From sequence record NC_020851.1: a stretch of 64,000 nucleotides of DNA, one strand, 5' to 3'. Under the pieces are notes generated by a model. The model was not told the DNA's origin. It saw only the letters and a list, made by a program, of their open reading frames with translations, and made no database searches. Each line of letters starts with the position of its first letter. Within the stretch, counting starts at the first letter, position 1. A program made the translations under genes and the position numbers. This document shows, piece by piece, positions 17,687-28,001 of the stretch.

Positions 17687-20600
17687 TTATTTATTTTGCT
17701 TTTTTACTTTTTCTACCAAATAATCAGCAAGAGCTTCCATTCTTTCTGGGTGAATCGCACGAATACCTGCCTCTTTTAGGGCAATTTTCATGCTTTTTTC
17801 TTCATTTTCGGTCAATTTCCTGCCGTTTTTTGGTAAAGTCATAGATTTCTTGTGAAGTGTTGATATTCTAACATTAGAATCCAATAGTATCTAGGAATTT
17901 AAGAATTTATTTACAATTATTCATCAGTATTAAACCAAGAACCAAACATACCACTGTCTCCGGGTTTACGATTTTCAAATTTATCGAGAATTTCATCAGT
18001 TTGGATGACTGATTCTATTTTACCAATCATATCTGCAATAGTGCTACAAACCATTGGTCTTTCTTGTCTTGCAGCAAATGCAAGTGCATTACGAAGTGAT
18101 TGTTCTGCATCTCTAAGTGATGCTTCGACTGATTGTGAGAGTGCCATAATTACTTCTTAAATGGATTTGGTCTGTTTAAATCATTACGATTATAATCATA
18201 ATAATATTTTGAATGTAATTCTTTTTCTGTTGTCAGTGGTTCAATTTCTTCCATTTCATTCCATATCTTTTCAAGATCTTCAGAACTCCATTCGTCATAA
18301 AAGTTCCAAAAATCCTCCCAATCTTTTGGGGAATTGGTAACATCTTCATTCATGAGAATTAAGTTCATCTTTAATTGCTTGTTCCATGAAAGATTGAATT
18401 TCTTTACTGGTCATTGTATTTAACCAACTCCAGTTAGGATCTTCTTTATCCCATTCAATATCAAATGAACCATCTTTATTTTGATTAACTTTAAGAGAAT
18501 CAGCACTCATCTTTCTTAAATTGTTTACGACACTTTTTTACTTCCTTGAGTTCATCTTTTATCATTTTATATGCATCATCTGGACTAATGCGTTTTGATA
18601 CTTCCATAGCAGTAATGATTTCTACTCTTGTACCAAAATGCTTTAATGCTTCTTCAAAGCAGTTCAGCTCGGAATACATAATCACAAATCCTTATAGGAT
18701 CCTCCACCAGAAACAACTATTGTATGATTATCTAGGGTTCCATCCTGCTCACATTTGAGATGAAATCTTGTCATAATGATTACATTATCCCTAACAGCAC
18801 CAGTGAGCATTTGACGACCTTGTTTAGTCATCGAAGAAAACAAACCGTAACGAGTTTCCCAAACATAGAAACACTCATCAATAAGTTCAGCACCTTCTGG
18901 TATAATGACTTCTGGTTTTGTATCAGTCTGAATCATTGTTCTCTTCCGGTGGTTTTTTATTAAATCCAAATGGTCCTACTTTAGTTTCAGACCTTTTCTT
19001 CATAACAACACCAGCAAGAGACTCCATAATTTTAAGGATGTCTTCTGCCTTAGCACCTTCACCAAGTTCTTTGGCAACATAAAAATACTTATCAAAGAAC
19101 TCTTGACTGTGCTCTTTATAGTCTTCGACTGTGATTGGTTGGTCTTTCATTTTCCTCCTGTATCATAGTTTAGTTGATCATCTTGTGCTTTCAGATTAGC
19201 ACGTCTTGCTCTATCATGAAGTTGCTTGAGTGCTTCAGTAACCTCAGGAGTTTCCTCCCAATCCCAAGTTTCACCACCCTTTCCAGTAAATTCTTTTTAG
19301 TCATGGATTTAAAGTTTTGTAGACAGCAGAGATACTCATGTGCCCGTGAATGTATCCTGCGAGTATTATAGCAAAGACGGACAGAAATATCAAGCCCGTT
19401 GTAATTAAGTTAGGCAACGGTGAGGTCATTAATTGTGTATTTGTTTTTTCTGAGTTTGTATCGCTTGATGTGTGCTTCTCTGTGTTCATTACAATCAAAA
19501 TGGCAGATTCGATCTTCATTTCCGTCCCTATACTCTAAACGATAAGGGAATGCTTTGAATGGATGCATTTCTTCAGGAGTTAGTTTCTTTTTCTTGAGAG
19601 TTTTTGTTGAACTCTTTGCCTTCACTTTGCGAGTTGTAGTATTCTTCTTTGCTGGCATTCTTCTCAATCATTTTTTCATGTTGTTGAGCACCTAAGTTGT
19701 CTAAAAAATCATTAATCATTTGAAACCTTTTACTTCTTTTTTATCTAATACATCAATATGAGAGAGAAAAGATGATGGAGTATTCCACCACAATGATTGT
19801 GCTTCTCCCCATGATTCTACTGTAAGAGACATACCATTAGTTTTTATAATTTGATAGTGATGTCGATCATAAGGTTCACTGGATGATTCTGTAAAGAACA
19901 ATGGGTCAGAGGGATCAATTAAACTCATGGCATTTTCATAATTTGGGTTGTAACTTCTTGATGTCTTAGATACAATTTAATAAAGCATCTTGCCATTACT
20001 TTCATTGTATCAAGATCTTCACAGTTCTCAATCTCTCTGGATAGTTTTTCATATTCAAAGAGTTTAGATGTGGTCTCTAACTGTATGCTATCTGGATCCA
20101 TGTCTTTTAGATATTCTAAACTACTATTTACCCCAGAATGTTTCAGTTTAAAGCACACTGAGTTAAACCATCCTACTTTATTATAGAGTTTGATTTTTGT
20201 ATGTTGAGAATGAACATCTACCTTCTCAATTGTATACTCTTTACCAACTACAAGAGATAAAGTAGGATCATCATTGTTTCCCCATCTTATCTGTTCTTGA
20301 GAGCATCCTGTATATTCTACGACATTATTCTTTTCCATTTGTAATCATGCGATCTATTGCGATTAAAGTATCATAAGGAATCCATGCAGGATTTTCATCA
20401 TCAAACTGAACCTGAACTTCTTTCACACTCTTTTCTAAGAACTTAGAATAAGAAGTTCTGGTGTTCTTTACATAAGAGATTGGATTAATCATATTACTTA
20501 AACAAAGGAAAGAGGGGAGGAGCACTATCATAGTATCCCATATTATACCAATAACAATCAATCAATCTCAATTTTTCACTGACTGTATTATTATCATTAT

Positions 20601-21628
20601 AGGGATTAATTAATGTAAAATCCTTACAGATTCTCACAATCTCTGGTGGAACCTGTATTGTTGTCCATGTGTTCGGATCATCAACAAAAACTGGAATCAT
20701 ACTACCACCTGTTTCCATGCTTTCTTAAAGTTTTTATCCCAGTTTTCAGTATAAACTGGAAGGAAAGAGTTTAGTGCATAACAAATGTCAACAATTTTCA
20801 TTTGATTTTGTTCATCTACAGCCTCTTGCAATTCATCCAACATAAATTCTACCGTAGAAATCCGGGAAAATGATTGTTCAAGATTGTTCATGACTGTCCA
20901 AGTTTCATCAGGCATCAGGTTTCTCTTGTTTATACCCATATTCTATCACAATTTCCTTGTGTGTACTCACTTTATCTGATAAGGATCTCTGATGTATTTT
21001 GTAGTCATGACCTTCTTGACCCAATTCTTTTGCAAACTGATGCAATAAGTTCCAATTTAAGTTCTGATCCATTGCTTTCATGCAACTTGTGTTATATTTA
21101 ACACTATGGATTTCTTGGGTCAATACCTAAACTTTCAAGATATTGAACCCACCAATCTTGGTCTTTCACATATCTCCAATTAGGAACTGGTTTACCTTGT
21201 TCTATCGTATAATACTGATAAAGTGCATCATCGATAATCTGTGCGGTCTCCATATTCTTCTTCCGCCTCATCAACGTCTTCATATGGATTTTCCACAAAT
21301 CCTGATCGGACTCTGAATTTTTCTCCTGCGACATAAGTTTTCTCGGAATTAACAGCAGACACCCACACAGAAAGTTTCATTATAATAAAAATAATAATCA
21401 GTGGAGTAAAGCAACCAATTAAAATTACTGAAGTCATTACAGTTCTTTCGTTATAAAATTATCTATATCAGTATTTTTCCAGATAAGTTGATGTGCTAAC
21501 TTATCTCTCAATTCATTAATTCTTTCCTCATCATAAGAATCAAAGTTCCCTCTCTTATCAACTTTCTTATAATAATGAAGAGCATTCAGTATGATAGTAT
21601 AATCTTCTAATGACAACTCAAAATTCAT
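17687..21628 (-). other. Cluster of about 20 small hypothetical cyanophage ORFs
   Basis: Dense co-oriented 60-140 aa ORFs in the ORF track (for example 17917, 18500, 18682, 18923, 19716, 19925, 20697, 21228) without recognisable motifs. Confidence 0.6.
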
Positions 21629-21870
21629 ACAAACATCCCTTGCTCATTCATATACTGAAGTGCCTCTTTCATACTACCAATGTGATGATAACCGATTGCG
21701 ACTTGAGGATATGTTGCATTTGATCCAAATTCTGCCTCAAATGCCTTATCATCAAAGTCAATACCTAAAACATATTCATGAAAATCATCACCAAGAGATT
21801 TAAGAAGAGATATCATTCTCTCACACTCTTGACTTCCGTTGCTGTAAATTACTGCTTGCATTTTAGTCAC
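21625..21870 (-). CDS. Glutaredoxin-like protein (single Cys)
   Basis: YSNGSQECERM...TYPQV...HIG, a thioredoxin-fold pattern lacking the first Cys; approximate start. Confidence 0.65.
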   Translation of the reverse strand: MTKMQAVIYSNGSQECERMISLLKSLGDDFHEYVLGIDFDDKAFEAEFGSNATYPQVAIGYHHIGSMKEALQYMNEQGMFV

Positions 21871-23092
21871 GTTGCCTCCTTTTTTTTGCAAATATTTCAT
21901 AATAAGCAGAGATCATATAATCATTCCATGGATCAGGTAAACTGTCTCCTTTACCTAAACGAGTTTCCATTCTAGATAATTTATCAATAGGTAATTCCAT
22001 AACATCAGGATCATTGAGAATTTCTGACAATTTAGATTTCTCATTATGATTGCGGAAATTACGAAGAGGATACCTGTTAGGTAAATTACGATTAGTTCTA
22101 GTCACGTTGCCTCCAATCATCAGGTTTATCTTGCTGAAACCAATTCTTAATGTCATCAGCATCAGTAAATCCCGTTTTATATTCAGATGGGTCGGGATTA
22201 CCTAACCCCATCCGATTAAGAAAATCATCCATACTACCTTCCTCAATATCTTGTGAAGATTGTCTTCGTGCTTTCTTCAACATTTCTTGAGCAGAAGTAT
22301 TTGCTTTCGAAAGTTTCTGTGCCCATACCATATCATCAAGTTTCACTTCTTCTTTATTTGCAATACATTTACAAATAAATTCTAACCGAAGACGGTATTT
22401 CGTAGATAGCATATTACTCTTTTGCCTCTAGATGCTTATTTATTTTTGCAGTAAGTTCTTCTGCAAGTTTGAGATTTTTACGGTACATCATATATTTTAC
22501 CACAGGATTAGCAGGATTATTTTTTAACCACCACAATTCCCTTCTAATATTTGTATTCACTAACTTTAGAACATAATCAAATGCTCTTGCGACATTTGGA
22601 TCAGTGACTATCGCATATAATATAACTCCAAATACCAAAAAAAGCACATATTGTGCCGTCATTGGTGAAACTCCTGATTTCTACGACGGTCAAGATACTC
22701 TAAAATTTCTGCTCGCCATTCCATCAACTCAAAGAAACATTCTTGATTGTGAGCACATTTTCTGAGTTCATGGTCTGGTTTCAATACACTTTCATAAAAA
22801 AGTCCAAGTGCATCTTTGCGCTTTTGTTGTTTATCAGTCATAGAAATTGTTCAAGAGAAGAGGTTGCTTTCTTTTTGATTTTAGAATACTTTTTGATATA
22901 ATCAAGTGCTTGTTTATACGTTTTTACACTATGCACTTGACTACCATTATGTATAATACAGAACCCTTTCTTCTTTCCTGCTAATGGAACAGCAGCCCAC
23001 ATTCCATCATTCGATACAAAACCATCAGGATCTCCTGATTTTGGGTTCAGGAGACTCTGATTATGAACATGTGGTTTGAGAAACTTAGTCAT
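21863..23092 (-). other. Small hypothetical ORFs (21863-22105, 22098-22412, 22414-22662, 22659-22841, 22838-23092)
   Basis: Coupled co-oriented ORFs. Confidence 0.6.
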
Positions 23093-23592
23093 GAGTTGTC
23101 CTCCATTTGGTTGAATGCGTCAATCAGTTCCTGGCTGCCTGATTCTGTGATTAGTCGTTGAAGTTTGTCTTTAGGCGTTTCGATAAACGCCCACTTACGA
23201 CCGTTGATTTCGCCCTCGACATCGCCACCGACAGTGCCATAGACATTGCCTTTGACATCGCCATAGACATGGCCATCGACCTCGCCTCCGATACTGCCTT
23301 TGACACTGCCTATGACACCGCCACCGACATTGCCATGGACAATGCCATAGACGTTGCCTCCGATTCCGCCTTCGACATTGCCTCCGATATTACTTTTGAT
23401 ATCGCCATCGACAGCGCCATAGATATTGTCCTTGACATCGCCATAGATACTGCCCTCGACATCGCCTTTGACATCGCCTCTGACACCGCCATTGACAGTG
23501 CCATTGACAGTGTGGATTCTCCAGCCACAGACATCCGTGTGATAGAAACCAACAAGCTTTAGAGCTTCTCTAAGTGTTATTTGTTTGGTCAT
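23089..23592 (-). CDS. Gly/Val/Asp tetrapeptide-repeat protein (bactofilin-like beta-helix)
   Basis: About 25 repeats of the type G-x-V-x (GDVKGDVEGSIYGDVK...). Confidence 0.65.
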   Translation of the reverse strand: MTKQITLREALKLVGFYHTDVCGWRIHTVNGTVNGGVRGDVKGDVEGSIYGDVKDNIYGAVDGDIKSNIGGNVEGGIGGNVYGIVHGNVGGGVIGSVKGSIGGEVDGHVYGDVKGNVYGTVGGDVEGEINGRKWAFIETPKDKLQRLITESGSQELIDAFNQMEDNS

Positions 23593-24035
23593 TAGTGCGC
23601 CTTCTCTTTACTTTGAATAGCAGTTCCACAAACACGACAATCAACTTTTGGGAAGTATGCTCCATAGTAATCATCCCATACTGCTTTAGTGTCATCAATC
23701 GTCTCTCCTCCGTATTCATCATCTTTCCATACATCTTTTGGAAAATGTAGGACGGCAGCATCGTAAACAACGCCACATCCTGAACAAGTGATTAAATTCA
23801 TTAGTTGTCCTCCTGTGTTGGGCGCATTGCTTTCTTTAAGTCACCCTCTAACTTGTACAAAGGCGAAAGGTCACCGAGGTAATCATCGTCGGTGTAGTTG
23901 CTGAGGTTTTCGTCTAACCATTTCATCACTTGCTCCAACTGCCAATCAGCAGCGGTACACATGTCATCCTTTCGTGTATCGATTATGTAGGGGCGATTAG
24001 TTATTTCAAGGCAGATTTCGTCAGTCAGTGGGTGT

Positions 24036-24479
24036 TCAGTCATCAAGTGCTCCAAGAATAAGAACGATAAAGAAGAAACCAAAGATAAGACCAACAAGAA
24101 GTTGTGGTGACATAAATGGAATCCAAGAGAATAAACCCCAAGACCATTGTGCAGCACCTACAATCCACTGCCAAGCAGTCATAACAACAGCAGAACCCAA
24201 CTTCCATGCTTCCCATGCTAACCATCCACCAAGTGCTAGAACTGCAAGTCCACCAAGTCCACTAGAAGAACTAGAGGAGGAAGAATAATCTTCATTATAT
24301 GATGTATCTTCTGTCCAAGAAGTATCATGATCAGGTTGATCAAAAATAGCAGTGGTGCTTACAATTGTAGACCCAGGATTACGTGCAAGTGCTTTCTGAT
24401 TTGCTTGCTGATAATCACGAGCAATGACAACCTCTTCAAAAGTTGTTCCAGATTCATAAAGAGTCACTGCAACTTTCAT
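24036..24479 (-). CDS. Membrane protein with a poly-Ser linker
   Basis: Soluble N-domain, SSSSSSSS linker and hydrophobic C-terminal helices. Confidence 0.55.
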   Translation of the reverse strand: MKVAVTLYESGTTFEEVVIARDYQQANQKALARNPGSTIVSTTAIFDQPDHDTSWTEDTSYNEDYSSSSSSSSGLGGLAVLALGGWLAWEAWKLGSAVVMTAWQWIVGAAQWSWGLFSWIPFMSPQLLVGLIFGFFFIVLILGALDD

Positions 24480-24556
24480 GGTGTTCCTTTGATTACCTTT
24501 GTATTATAGCAGAGTGGAGCAGGTGATCTGCTCCTGGTGGACAGTTCAGCAAGTGG

Positions 24557-25750
24557 TCAACGACGGATAACAGATACTGCTGCCTCACCACGATTGAATA
24601 CGGTGTCAACGACTGCCTGAACGGACTTGGCAGTGCTGATGCCCACTTTATCGTAGACTGGAACACAGACCAGTCCAAAGGTCTTCTGGGGACCACCCAA
24701 CCTAATGACCCGTCCAATACTTTGCGAAATACCGATATAATCCATGTTTCTCATGAACAATACTGCCTCAAGTCCACTGACGTTGATACCCTCGGACAAA
24801 ATAGAGTGATGAAGAACAACAAACTTTTTGCTAGGATCTTTGCCCCATGCATTCAGAGTATCAAAGAATACCTCACGATTGACTTTCTGACCATCAATAA
24901 TAGCACCAGTCTTGGATGTAATATACAAACAAGAATAACCACGTTCAGACAACTCTTTGCGAAAGTCAGATTGACTCAGAAGTTTGATAATCTGTTTGGT
25001 AGAACGTGCGGCAATCAGAATCTTATCCAGTGAGTTCTCATCAATTGTCTCAATCAGATTCTGACAATCACGGTCGGCAATCATCTGCTTGTCCTGAACC
25101 ATATCCAGTTGCTTTACAACAACCTTAGGTGGCAGAATGTATCCTTGCTCTACTAATGTAGGAGCAGGAATGTTACAGATGACTTTACCGTAGACCTCAT
25201 AGTCATTCATCCCTGGTTTGTAAATAGAGAGAGAATGCTTAGGAGTAGCAGTGAAGAAATAACACCGATCAGCATCAGCAGAAAAGTGCTCCGTAGCAGG
25301 GAAAAAGTTACGTTGGACTGAGTTATGTGCTTCATCAAAGTAAATCGTATTGACTTCGATATCTGCTTCTACAAGACGATGTAGAGAGTGATATGTGGTA
25401 AAGATTACTACATTCTCACCAGCAGTTCTTGCTGTATTTACAAACAGATTGATCTTTTCTGCTTTTGTTGTAGAGAAGTGTGAAGTCTCACCACTATGAA
25501 CATGCATAATATGGGTATGAGTTGTATCGATTACCTCAAGAAACTCACTACAAAGTTGTTCAGCAAGTAGAATACGAGGAGCAACAACAACAAAAGTTTG
25601 CCCATGATGTCTGACTTCCATATTGGTAATGGCATCATCAATCATACAAATAGTCTTGCCACCACCCGTAGGAATGATTACCTGACCTTTGTTGTTCTGC
25701 CACATCGCATTGACTGCTTCATGCTGGTGAGGACGAAGAGTGATGGTCAA
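24557..25750 (-). CDS. SF2 DEAD/DEAH-box helicase (type III Res-like)
   Basis: PTGGGKT (I), DEAH (II), TAT (III), SEGIN (V), QSIGRVIR (VI). Confidence 0.9.
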   Translation of the reverse strand: MTITLRPHQHEAVNAMWQNNKGQVIIPTGGGKTICMIDDAITNMEVRHHGQTFVVVAPRILLAEQLCSEFLEVIDTTHTHIMHVHSGETSHFSTTKAEKINLFVNTARTAGENVVIFTTYHSLHRLVEADIEVNTIYFDEAHNSVQRNFFPATEHFSADADRCYFFTATPKHSLSIYKPGMNDYEVYGKVICNIPAPTLVEQGYILPPKVVVKQLDMVQDKQMIADRDCQNLIETIDENSLDKILIAARSTKQIIKLLSQSDFRKELSERGYSCLYITSKTGAIIDGQKVNREVFFDTLNAWGKDPSKKFVVLHHSILSEGINVSGLEAVLFMRNMDYIGISQSIGRVIRLGGPQKTFGLVCVPVYDKVGISTAKSVQAVVDTVFNRGEAAVSVIRR

Positions 25751-25872
25751 AGGTCTCCCTCGATTACCTTCTTATTATAGCAGAAAACCGTCCCCAGTGC
25801 GACCCAGTAGACGGTTCTTAATGTGTCTTATAGCTTCCTCTTCAACCCTAACAAAGGTAGTCTACAGGGTTT

Positions 25873-27516
25873 TTACGATAGTGTCAAGCTTGTGCTTCCA
25901 ACTCCAACAACATTAAAGGTTAATGTAGAACCAGTGACTGATATTTGGACTGGAGTTGTTACTCCAATACCACTTGTAAATCCTTGTGCTGCTGTTATTG
26001 ATCTAGTTGTTGTTACAATCCCGGCAAAATTAGCTGTACAAATTCCTGTTATTGATTTGCCATTAAGATTTAAATTGCCACCTAACTCAGGGGAAGTATC
26101 TTCTACAACGTTTTGGAGTGCAGATGTCAAATATGTAGAAGAATCTATACTTCCATCTGCCTTTAAGAATTGAGATGATGTTCCAGTGGTAGTAGAAATA
26201 GAACCAGCAGTAATATTTCCAACAGAAACAATATTACCAGTAGCAGCAATATTACCAACAACATCTAATTTTTCTGTTGGTATGGTAGAATTAATTCCAA
26301 TATTTCCACCAGATCCTAATATTAGATTATTCGTAAGATTAAGATTATTACCAAATTCTACATCTCCACTTACATAAGCAGTACCAACAACTTGTAGTTT
26401 ATATAAGGGATTTGTAATTCCCACTCCAAGATTTCCTGCACTAGTAAGTGCCATTAATCTTTGAGTTTCTTTATGCCAGTAGAATCCTCCAGTTGTTCCT
26501 ACAATTTCGGACGGATTCAGGTAAAAATTAAGATTACCTGTTCCATAATTCATTATATCCAGAGAATATGGATCACTAAATTGAGAAAATGCTGAATCAG
26601 TATTTCCATATCTCAATACACCATTATATCCAGTAATACTTTCACTTCTACCCAGACCAATTAGAGATGCATTTGAATCACTCGTAACCTGAATTTCCGT
26701 TTGAATATTTTTTCTTACATGAATATCACTCGAAGGTGTGGTCGTATTGACACCTATTTTATTAAAGTATGAAGTTCCAGAAAGAATATTAATATTTGAT
26801 GTGATTAAATCAGGTAATCTATCATCATCAATAGTTCCGGTCGTTATATTTGCACCATCTGCTAAATTAGTGGCAGTTGTAGCAGTTCCAGTTACATCAC
26901 CAGTAAGATTTCCTATAAATGTAGTTGCCGTTATAATACCGACAGACATCGTAATTGCTGTTCCGACTTTAAGTTCAGTAAAAGTAGAAACTCCACTCGA
27001 ATTTAAATCACCAGTTACATTACCAGAAAAAGTGGTTGCAGTTATAACACCAGTAACATCAACATTACCAGTCACAGAAAGTTCGGGATCAGATGCACCA
27101 GGACTTGTTGTGGTATTGATACCAATCTTTGATGTTGTATGAAGACCTACTCCACCATTATCAGTAATAAATGTAGTTCTTGCAAAACCAATTAAATTAT
27201 CAACAGTCTCTCCATTTGTCAGTTTAAGTGTTGCTGCCGTAAGAGCACCACCAACATTTACACCATTCGCAATATCTATACTACTTGCGGTTAATACTCC
27301 AACGGTCGTTACACCAATTACCTCAACATTTTGAGTTACATATAAATCTCGTGTCGTGGTTAATCCAGTAGTTCTCGTATCCCCATATACATTTAACAAA
27401 TAGTTTTGTGGAATGGAAGTTCCAATTCCTACAAGACCATTTGCATTAATTACGAAATTATCATTATCAACTTGAAGACCAGACCTAAAATTAAATGACT
27501 TCCTAATATTTGCCAT
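25873..27516 (-). CDS. Virion structural/fibre protein
   Basis: Thr/Gly-rich repeats (VGIGT, ITATTF) and a late-promoter-like ATAAATA upstream. Confidence 0.7.
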   Translation of the reverse strand: MANIRKSFNFRSGLQVDNDNFVINANGLVGIGTSIPQNYLLNVYGDTRTTGLTTTRDLYVTQNVEVIGVTTVGVLTASSIDIANGVNVGGALTAATLKLTNGETVDNLIGFARTTFITDNGGVGLHTTSKIGINTTTSPGASDPELSVTGNVDVTGVITATTFSGNVTGDLNSSGVSTFTELKVGTAITMSVGIITATTFIGNLTGDVTGTATTATNLADGANITTGTIDDDRLPDLITSNINILSGTSYFNKIGVNTTTPSSDIHVRKNIQTEIQVTSDSNASLIGLGRSESITGYNGVLRYGNTDSAFSQFSDPYSLDIMNYGTGNLNFYLNPSEIVGTTGGFYWHKETQRLMALTSAGNLGVGITNPLYKLQVVGTAYVSGDVEFGNNLNLTNNLILGSGGNIGINSTIPTEKLDVVGNIAATGNIVSVGNITAGSISTTTGTSSQFLKADGSIDSSTYLTSALQNVVEDTSPELGGNLNLNGKSITGICTANFAGIVTTTRSITAAQGFTSGIGVTTPVQISVTGSTLTFNVVGVGSTSLTLS

Positions 27517-27537
27517 TATTGCAACTTTTAGAGTTAT

Positions 27538-27984
27538 TTATGAAGTTCTCATAATATAAGCAAGAGAGTAATATGGGGGTAGGTTTGCATTGGTTCCTGT
27601 TTGTGTATTTGAAGAACTTCCTGCCGCATTGATGCCGGTAGTTGATGTTGGTTGATTAGGCAAAGCTCCATCATTAATCGGACTAGGACCTCCGGTTACA
27701 TTATTTTGTCCTTGAGCATTTGTCCTATTTGTATAAGTATGGTTATGAGCAATCAGAACAGCATTAGCACTACCACCAGTAGCATCAACAGCATAATTAT
27801 TTCCGGCACCAACTACAAACCTATCTTGTAAATTTGGAGTTCCATTAGATCCATTACATAATGCCCATCCATCAGGAATAGATCCAGTAGATCCCGACCA
27901 TAGAATAATACCTCCAATTGGAATAGTTCCAGTCGATGCGGTTCCTAATGAATCAGCAAGTAATTGTGCGTTTGTTTGTGACAT
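27538..27984 (-). CDS. Tail collar-domain protein
   Basis: IPIGGIILWSG...GWALCNGSNGTPNLQDRFVVGAG...NLPPYYSLAYIM. Confidence 0.8.
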   Translation of the reverse strand: MSQTNAQLLADSLGTASTGTIPIGGIILWSGSTGSIPDGWALCNGSNGTPNLQDRFVVGAGNNYAVDATGGSANAVLIAHNHTYTNRTNAQGQNNVTGGPSPINDGALPNQPTSTTGINAAGSSSNTQTGTNANLPPYYSLAYIMRTS

Positions 27985-28001
27985 TAACTTATTCCTTTAT
28001 A

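Noticed and set aside
23158-23562. Plus-strand 134-aa D-I-A repeat ORF
   Set aside because: It is the antisense shadow of the GxVx repeat gene.
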